This document shows, piece by piece, positions 16,306 to 21,692 of a stretch of 21,692 nucleotides of DNA. The stretch is from IMG/VR virus record IMGVR_UViG_2541047885_000001; one strand, written 5' to 3'. Each line of letters opens with the position of its first letter. Position 1 is the first letter of the stretch. This stretch comes from a virus (Duplodnaviria > Heunggongvirae > Uroviricota > Caudoviricetes). The translations under genes were made by a program, and so were the position numbers. The notes under the pieces were generated by a model. That model saw only the letters and a list, made by a program, of their open reading frames with translations. It was not told the DNA's origin and searched no databases.

Positions 16306-17981
16306 TGTGATTGCCCACCCTGACCACTAACTGCATTCGCCATAGCTGACAAAACACTCGGATCCGAAGTTTTAGCTTCGCTTAGCGTCTTGGCACCCTG
16401 TGCCGCCGCCATCCCCATCGCCATCATTTGTTGCTGCTGTTGTTGCTGTGCCCGTTGCTGGCGAGCCTGCTCAACCTGTTCCTGCGGAACAATGACGGTT
16501 GGAGACACTCCGGACATATCAGCGAATGCATCGATCGCCTGATCAACGTTGAGTTTGTCGAGAGCTTCTGGTTTCGCTTGCGCAAGTTGACCAATGAAGT
16601 TAACCGTGGACGCCAGACTGGACAGGCCGATAGACTTCTGCGCCTGAGCCATGACGGAAATGTATTCGACCTTCAGGGGCATACCTTCCATCGCGTCAGG
16701 CGGTGGCGGCAGCATGTTTTTACGCACCATCATCGAGAAAGCGCGGTCAATGAGAGGATTAAGACATTCGTCGTTCAGACGCTCCAGAACCGGCCCCAAC
16801 ATCAGAAGTTTTTCTTCTTTCATTTCGATCACCGCTTCAACAGGCATCGAGCGGGTATTGATGTTCTGCAACATCATGAACAGATCGACAAAGTAGGCGC
16901 TGTTAATGATTTGACGGGTGTCCTGAATGTCTGCCACCAAATCTGCTGTACTGGGGTTAACCAGATAAGCAGGCCTGAAACCATCCTGACCAGTAATCTG
17001 ATCGATATACGTGATGTCGCCAGGAAGAAGGGAGGCACGCTGATTCTTGAGGGAAGTCGGAGCAACCATCGGCGGATTGGTGGCTTTATCAATCAACTGC
17101 GACTTGCGCTTCTGGAGAAGCTGCAATGCCTTAACAGGTCCAAGCGCCAGCATACCCGGGCATGATGATCCATAAACATCTTCGCCGTTAACTTCCCAGC
17201 GCGGAGCCATAATTGGAAACTCATCGAATCCGGACTCACGCAACAACTTGTCGTTATCGCCACCAACCTCGTAATAAACCGATTTGAATGGCTTGTTCTT
17301 GCTATCCAGCTTCGATGTATCGCGGTCAATGTTCGGGTAAACCGAATGCATCACTTCAATCCACTTCTCGTAGGTTCCGCTTTCCCACATGCTTTTTACG
17401 GATTCGCTGACGTTATTTAGCCCGAACTCCTGAACAAGCTGACGAACAGTCATAGAGAACTTGCGAAAACAGGTGTCCACACTGCCACGAGGTGAGTTAG
17501 CCAGGTAGTAACTGCCTATCGGGAATGGCATTGTGCGAATGATGTCCTCGTCATCCTCCAGCACTGCCATTGCACCAGTGCTGTATGTGCCGAGGCTTCC
17601 GTATAACTGCGGCAGCGACTGATAGAGATTCGACTTATTGAACATATCGTTCATGCGGTTCTGCACCGCCTCAAGCCACAACTTAACAGGGCCATAATCC
17701 ATCATTTCAGGATCTGGCGTAGCCAGGCGAAACCACGGACGCGCGGGGCTTGTGATGCCTGACATCATGCCGCTGGCGAGAGTGCGCGCCGCCATAGTCC
17801 CGGTCGAATCAATAATGCGTGTATTGCGTCGATCGTTACGGTTGACCTCAGAAGTCAGAAAGCGGGAACCACGCGGGTTGATGTAATCACTCAACTCGCG
17901 CCAGTGCGGCTCGAACGACTGACGCTCGCTTTCAAGTTGTGCGAACTGTTTGTTCAATCGCTCTTTAGTTGTTTCCGCCAT
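16302..17981 (-). CDS. Portal (head-to-tail connector) protein, 559 aa
   Basis: Size and position typical of a T7 gp8 / epsilon15-type portal; RBS GGAG 8 nt upstream of the ATG. Confidence 0.9.
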   Translation of the reverse strand: MAETTKERLNKQFAQLESERQSFEPHWRELSDYINPRGSRFLTSEVNRNDRRNTRIIDSTGTMAARTLASGMMSGITSPARPWFRLATPDPEMMDYGPVKLWLEAVQNRMNDMFNKSNLYQSLPQLYGSLGTYSTGAMAVLEDDEDIIRTMPFPIGSYYLANSPRGSVDTCFRKFSMTVRQLVQEFGLNNVSESVKSMWESGTYEKWIEVMHSVYPNIDRDTSKLDSKNKPFKSVYYEVGGDNDKLLRESGFDEFPIMAPRWEVNGEDVYGSSCPGMLALGPVKALQLLQKRKSQLIDKATNPPMVAPTSLKNQRASLLPGDITYIDQITGQDGFRPAYLVNPSTADLVADIQDTRQIINSAYFVDLFMMLQNINTRSMPVEAVIEMKEEKLLMLGPVLERLNDECLNPLIDRAFSMMVRKNMLPPPPDAMEGMPLKVEYISVMAQAQKSIGLSSLASTVNFIGQLAQAKPEALDKLNVDQAIDAFADMSGVSPTVIVPQEQVEQARQQRAQQQQQQQMMAMGMAAAQGAKTLSEAKTSDPSVLSAMANAVSGQGGQSQ

Positions 17982-17995
17982 TTCAATGACTCCGG

Positions 17996-18202
17996 TTACT
18001 GACCAAGCAGCGTTTTACCGCTGGTATTAGCGGTTGATGTGTCACCCTGAGAACCGGTAAGCAGCGTAGAACTACGACCAGCAGCAGCGCGACGGCGACG
18101 AGTTTCTTCGTCGCGGGCATCAACAACGGCGGCATCCTGCTCCTGTGGTGCTGCCTGAACTTCTGGTGTTGCAGGCACTGATGGTGAGCTACCCATGCAC
18201 AT
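17996..18202 (-). CDS. Hypothetical small protein (68 aa) directly upstream of portal
   Basis: ATG at 18202 preceded by GGAGTCATTGA-T; the same 11-mer precedes the portal ATG. Hydrophilic, Ala/Arg-rich. Confidence 0.45.
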   Translation of the reverse strand: MCMGSSPSVPATPEVQAAPQEQDAAVVDARDEETRRRRAAAGRSSTLLTGSQGDTSTANTSGKTLLGQ

Positions 18203-18222
18203 ATCAATGACTCCGTACGCAA

Positions 18223-18300
18223 TTAAATTATTACCAATTTAACCACACATGATTTATTTATCGTAGGTAGTTGACATTTAACGCACAAATTATTACCTTT
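18223..18300. promoter_or_regulatory. AT-rich promoter-like region at the edge of the terL-portal insertion
   Basis: Plus strand: TTGACA (18271..18276), 17 bp, TACCTT. Minus strand: TTGTGC, 17 bp, TACGAT. Confidence 0.3.
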
Positions 18301-19011
18301 CAGGTAACCAAAGAGTTCATTCCGGTTACTAACCTGACTGGCTTGTCGTTAAATTGAACAGGTGGAGTGAGCTTTTATTTTGAGCAGTACGGCGTATGGC
18401 ACATGCGCCGATAGCGGTCTGGATACGTTTAAGGGGCACCCTCCCTTGCTCGGGCAAACGAACCAGGTAGCCGGAATGTGCAAGTCGAGCGGTTTTATTC
18501 CGCGCACGGGGATTCACCATCCCGGCGATCAGGTGTGACACCTCGGAAGAGACGAGGATGCAACAGGTAAGAGCATTGAGATTGATCGTCGTTCCTGGGC
18601 CCAAGGTCTGCTCGAAGTCAGTGCTCTTTCCGTTGTGGTGAATGCGCAGGCTGATGCGCACCCCGTGAACGTGGGGGAATGGGTAAGGCATAAGCCTGAG
18701 TTGGAAGACAAGCTGCGTGAATAGCCGGAAGTCAGGGTTACCCAACAAACTCAGTGAAAATCATGACGCATATCCTCTTGAGAGAGTGGCAGCTAACACT
18801 GAGCATATTTCAAGCCGGAGATCAGCACCGGCCACCACAACCCAATCACGTTAGGACCGTGATACGGCAGTACCAGGCAATGCGTGTAGCTTTGGCGGTG
18901 GCAGTTCTCCTTCTTCTGACCACCGCCCTTTTTACAGCAGAACGCCATTCCGATGACGTTGCGCTGTAAACCCTGCATCACCCGCCAAGGAAGGCACTCC
19001 GTTGATCATTC
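18300..19011 (+). ncRNA. ORF-poor ~700-nt region; candidate structured RNA or long regulatory leader (function unknown)
   Basis: No convincing ORF on either strand despite ~55% GC; bounded by a consensus -35 upstream and an intrinsic terminator placed 12 nt before the next RBS. Several GC-rich hairpins visible. Confidence 0.2.
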
Positions 19012-19036
19012 GCCCGGTTCGTCCGGGCATTTTTTT
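19012..19036 (+). terminator. Intrinsic terminator or attenuator immediately upstream of the 110-aa gene
   Basis: GCCCGG-TTCGT-CCGGGC hairpin followed by a T7 tract, then AAGGTGA RBS and the ATG at 19049. Confidence 0.6.
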
Positions 19037-19048
19037 AAGGTGAAAATC

Positions 19049-19381
19049 ATGAAAGAGAAGACTGCAGCTGAGCGCTATGCCGCAGCTATCAATGCCGCGA
19101 TGGCGATTGTAAACCTGCGTGAAGAGATTAAAGATCTCCTTGCAATTATCCATAACAACCTGACATGTACAGAGTTGCTTGGCGGTCAGTACAACGGTGA
19201 GGCGGTGAAGGAGGCATTTAAAAATGCCGAGGTAGGAATAATTCCAGCAAACTATGTCAAGGCTGAATGTGTGCTCCTAAAGGCACGAGTGAGTCTGCAT
19301 GAAGATCCTGGTAATCTCGGTCGAACTGCAATGCGTTACGTGATAGACGAGTCGAATGCCAAACACAATCTACCGAAATAA
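19049..19381 (+). CDS. Hypothetical protein (110 aa), cargo gene inserted between terL and portal on the opposite strand
   Basis: ATG at 19049 with AAGGTGA 5 nt upstream; in ORF-track frame 18953..19381; followed by the palindrome and a terminator. Confidence 0.7.
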   Translation: MKEKTAAERYAAAINAAMAIVNLREEIKDLLAIIHNNLTCTELLGGQYNGEAVKEAFKNAEVGIIPANYVKAECVLLKARVSLHEDPGNLGRTAMRYVIDESNAKHNLPK

Positions 19382-19385
19382 CACC

Positions 19386-19397
19386 GTGACATGTCAC
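19386..19397. repeat. 12-bp perfect palindrome GTGACATGTCAC, copy 2 (preceded by CACCGTG)
   Basis: Identical to 1129..1140; lies 5 nt after the stop of the 110-aa gene and just before a terminator hairpin. Confidence 0.8.
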
Positions 19398-19401
19398 AAA
19401 C

Positions 19402-19428
19402 AGCCAGCCTATGAGCTGGCTTTGTTTT
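19402..19428 (+). terminator. Terminator hairpin between the converging 110-aa gene and terL
   Basis: AGCCAGC-CTATGA-GCTGGCT stem-loop followed by TTGTTTT. Confidence 0.5.
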
Positions 19429-19471
19429 ATCCTCACCAGAGGATATCAACGATATTATCCCCACCAGCGGA

Positions 19472-20947
19472 TTAAGCATAGGGATCGTAATCTGTGATGG
19501 CCTTGCCTTGCTGGTTCTGCTGACCGGGAATTCGCAGACGCTTCGACACAGGGAACGCAAACGTCAGCAGTAGCGCATCGCCTTTACCCGGCGAACGCCC
19601 AAGCCGCTCCTTGATATCCTCCTTCGGTTCGATAACGATTTTACCGTCCACGCGAACTTTGTACTCTGCCGCCGACAGGTCGTCTGCAGTTTCCTGGTCA
19701 TCCAGCATGCCGCCCAGCCTCAGCCATGTCTTACATGAGTTGAACATCTCCCCACGCTTGTTAAGCATCTGCGGGTCAGTAGACGCGCCACCGAACGGAA
19801 CAAGTTGCCATGTACGACCCCAGCCGTCACCGATTGACTTCAAACCGGTTCCGTAACCGAAGTCGATGAACACCGCGTCAGCCTGATACTGGTCTTCAAA
19901 GTCAGCGATACGCTTCGCCATAATCAGATCGTCGGTAGTCTTGTTGCCAGTCCACAGCACCTTACTGTGTAGCCCCTGCCGCAGGTATATCACAGCGTCA
20001 TCAACGCCGGAGTATGCCGGGTCAACGCCGATTATCACCGGAGCATGTGCAACCTGCGCAGCGGTTACCACCAGTTTCATTGCCTCGTCAGTAAGACCGG
20101 TAGGGATAAACTGCAATTCAGATGCATCAGGGAATATGCCACGCACACGGATTTTAACGAAGTCGCTATCTTCCCCGTAGTCATCAACCCATTTCTGCAA
20201 CTGCTGTTTGTTGGTGCCTTCCACCGTCCTGCTGTCAATCTGCGCAGTTTTCCAGCGGTGTTTGTATTTGCGGAAACATTCACGGAAACGCCCGGTGTTA
20301 CGTGTAGGGTTTCCGAAAGCCACCCAGATAATCTCAGTGTCTTCGTCCGTTAGCGCACCCTCGGCAACTTCCCACACCAGATCCGCAATGTTCGACGCTT
20401 CATCAAATACCACGATGATGCGTTTACGCTCGTTGTGTAGTCCGGCGAATGCCTCAGTGTTGTGCTCAGACCAGGGGATTGCGTCAGCTCGCCACCGCTT
20501 GTCGTGCCCAGGGTCATTGCTGTACATCGCGGTAGCGGTACAGGTAAACCAGTCTTTCGTGATAGCAAGGTTTGACCACTTGATAATTTCCGGCCAGGTC
20601 TTCGTTCGTAGCTGGTTGTCGGTGTTGGCGGTCACCACGACCTTACAATCCTCGCAAGTGGACATGCCCCAGTTGATCAGCATTGAGATGAATGCGGATT
20701 TACCAATACCGTGACCAGAAGCACGTGCCAGCATAAGCGGCTGATATCGCGTCTCTGGATTCTGCAGGTGATCACGTATCTCTCGGAACGCATCAGCCTG
20801 CCACTGACGTGGGCCGGTGGCATGTGCCAGTTCAGTCCCCTCTTCCCCCCATGGGAACGCATAGAGGGCATAGCCAAGCGGATCGTGAGTGAACCCTGCA
20901 ATATCCTCGATTAACTGCTCTTCAGGAGATAACGCTGTATCTGTCAC
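19472..20947 (-). CDS. Terminase large subunit (491 aa)
   Basis: Walker A-like ARASGHGIGKS, Walker B-like IIVVFDEAS, and a C-terminal nuclease-like region (IIGVDPAYSG); ATGA overlap with the terS stop. Confidence 0.92.
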   Translation of the reverse strand: MTDTALSPEEQLIEDIAGFTHDPLGYALYAFPWGEEGTELAHATGPRQWQADAFREIRDHLQNPETRYQPLMLARASGHGIGKSAFISMLINWGMSTCEDCKVVVTANTDNQLRTKTWPEIIKWSNLAITKDWFTCTATAMYSNDPGHDKRWRADAIPWSEHNTEAFAGLHNERKRIIVVFDEASNIADLVWEVAEGALTDEDTEIIWVAFGNPTRNTGRFRECFRKYKHRWKTAQIDSRTVEGTNKQQLQKWVDDYGEDSDFVKIRVRGIFPDASELQFIPTGLTDEAMKLVVTAAQVAHAPVIIGVDPAYSGVDDAVIYLRQGLHSKVLWTGNKTTDDLIMAKRIADFEDQYQADAVFIDFGYGTGLKSIGDGWGRTWQLVPFGGASTDPQMLNKRGEMFNSCKTWLRLGGMLDDQETADDLSAAEYKVRVDGKIVIEPKEDIKERLGRSPGKGDALLLTFAFPVSKRLRIPGQQNQQGKAITDYDPYA

Positions 20948-21543
20948 TGATTGCCATCCTGACGTTCTTTCAGTCTCTTCCTGGCTGCCGCTATGCGATC
21001 AGCAATTGTCACATTCACATTAACATCCAGGCGTTCTTTGAATGCGTTGACGTCGACGTGCTTACCAATCAGTTCGAGGTTCTTCACCTTGTCAGGCCAT
21101 TTAATTTTTTTGAGGATGCCAACCAGCTCTTTCTCGTCTCCACGGCCTTCGAACATGTCGGCCAGTTCGAAACCTGTCAGGTACTGCCGCCAGACCTTAG
21201 GCCATTCCGAGACCGGCTTGATGCTCATATCGTCGTTGAGAATGTCAATCACGTCCATCTGGTCGATCTCCACCAGGCGCATGAGAACGTAATCAGCACT
21301 GACGCGCATTCGTTTGTTGCGCTCCTCCATCAACTCGGCAATCCGTTTCTGAATGCGTTCATCGCGCATCATGACACTGGCTTTAACTGCCGCTGTATTT
21401 GGGGAGAATCCTGCATTAATCGCAGCCTGAGTCTGGTTTTCAGGCGTTTTGATGTATGACTGGCAATAAGCCTCCTGCATTGCTGTTAGTGGCTTAAATT
21501 GCGTTGATTTGCGTTTATAGGTTTTAGGTTCAGCAGGCATCAT
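20944..21543 (-). CDS. Terminase small subunit (~199 aa from the ATG at 21543/21540; the ORF track extends to TTG 21588)
   Basis: Immediately upstream of and coupled to terL; N-terminal region has a terminase small subunit-like pattern (LTAMQEAYCQSYIKTPENQTQAAINAGFSP). GGTGG lies 5 nt before the second ATG. Confidence 0.8.
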   Translation of the reverse strand: MMPAEPKTYKRKSTQFKPLTAMQEAYCQSYIKTPENQTQAAINAGFSPNTAAVKASVMMRDERIQKRIAELMEERNKRMRVSADYVLMRLVEIDQMDVIDILNDDMSIKPVSEWPKVWRQYLTGFELADMFEGRGDEKELVGILKKIKWPDKVKNLELIGKHVDVNAFKERLDVNVNVTIADRIAAARKRLKERQDGNQ

Positions 21544-21550
21544 AACCACC

Positions 21551-21579
21551 GTGGTAATAGTTACCGTTGTGGTAATAGT
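21551..21579. repeat. Direct repeat GTGGTAATAGT x2 (7-bp spacer) in the terS 5' leader
   Basis: 11-mer at 21551..21561 and 21569..21579, between the upstream terminator and the probable terS start. Confidence 0.5.
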
Positions 21580-21584
21580 ACCAT

Positions 21585-21612
21585 GCAAAATAAAGCCGCC
21601 ATAGTTGGCGGC
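21585..21612 (-). terminator. Intrinsic terminator upstream of terS
   Basis: GCCGCCA-TAGT-TGGCGGC hairpin; on the minus strand it is followed by TTTATTTT. Confidence 0.5.
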
Positions 21613-21616
21613 AGTA

Positions 21617-21692
21617 TGAACCGCCCCGGGAATCCTGGAGACTAAACTTCCTGAGAAAGAGGTAAACAGGATGACTAAAAATACTCGTTTTT
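21617..21692 (+). mobile_element. Left end of an IS3-family insertion sequence (IS629-like), truncated by the window edge
   Basis: TGAACCGCCCCGGGAATCCTGGAG... matches my recollection of the IS629 left terminus; an orfA start (MTKNTRF) follows with RBS AGAGGT. Confidence 0.7.
21671..21692 (+). CDS. IS3-family transposase OrfA, first 7 codons only
   Basis: ATG at 21671; MTKNTRF matches the IS629-type OrfA N-terminus from memory. Confidence 0.65.

Noticed and set aside
16428-17165. 245-aa plus-strand ORF inside the portal gene
   Set aside because: Entirely antisense to the portal coding sequence; low-complexity, Leu/Arg/His-rich translation.
17983-18222. 79-aa minus-strand ORF overlapping the 68-aa ORF in another frame
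   Set aside because: Starts with TTG and has an implausible His/Cys/Arg-rich translation; the 68-aa frame has an ATG with a good RBS.
18329-18748. 139-aa minus-strand ORF in the terL-portal insertion
   Set aside because: No RBS, and the translation has atypical composition with no recognisable domain. I treated the region as non-coding or degenerate, though a pseudogene remains possible.
18754-18969. 71-aa plus-strand ORF with a hydrophobic C-terminus
   Set aside because: Weak RBS and a Pro/Gln-rich N-terminus. It could be a small membrane peptide, but the evidence is too thin to call.
18300-19011. tRNA or tmRNA in the ORF-poor region
   Set aside because: No cloverleaf with a GTTCRANYC T-loop and CCA-proximal acceptor stem found by eye, and no resemblance to the E. 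coli tmRNA sequence I remember.
21543-21588. TTG start at 21588 for terS, as in the ORF track
   Set aside because: That would place the upstream terminator T-tract and the direct repeats inside the coding sequence. The ATG pair at 21543/21540 with GGTGG upstream is more plausible.
1-21692. CRISPR array or other tandem repeat array
   Set aside because: No regularly spaced direct repeats of 25-40 bp were seen anywhere in the window.

Overview
This window is almost entirely a prophage late (morphogenetic) region on the minus strand, in an enterobacterial (likely E. coli/Shigella) background. Reading right to left: terminase small and large subunits, a ~1.3 kb inserted segment, portal, scaffold, major capsid, two small head/tail-associated genes, T7-like tail tubular A and B homologues, and four internal virion/ejection proteins, one carrying a lytic transglycosylase domain. 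This T7/epsilon15-like virion module is joined to a P22-type immI immunity region (divergent mnt-like and arc-ant genes, with a predicted sar-like antisense RNA). Three low-GC cargo insertions stand out as candidates for undescribed functions: (i) a lysogen-expressed Mnt-like repressor with an unrecognised C-terminal domain plus a co-transcribed membrane protein; (ii) a 1.19 kb cassette flanked by perfect 34-bp inverted repeats carrying an overlapping two-gene module; (iii) the terminase-portal insertion with an ORF-poor promoter-to-terminator region and a 110-aa gene. A 12-bp perfect palindrome recurs at two cargo boundaries 18 kb apart. The right edge enters an IS3-family (IS629-like) element. 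All calls are from reading the sequence and from remembered protein families; no database search was run.
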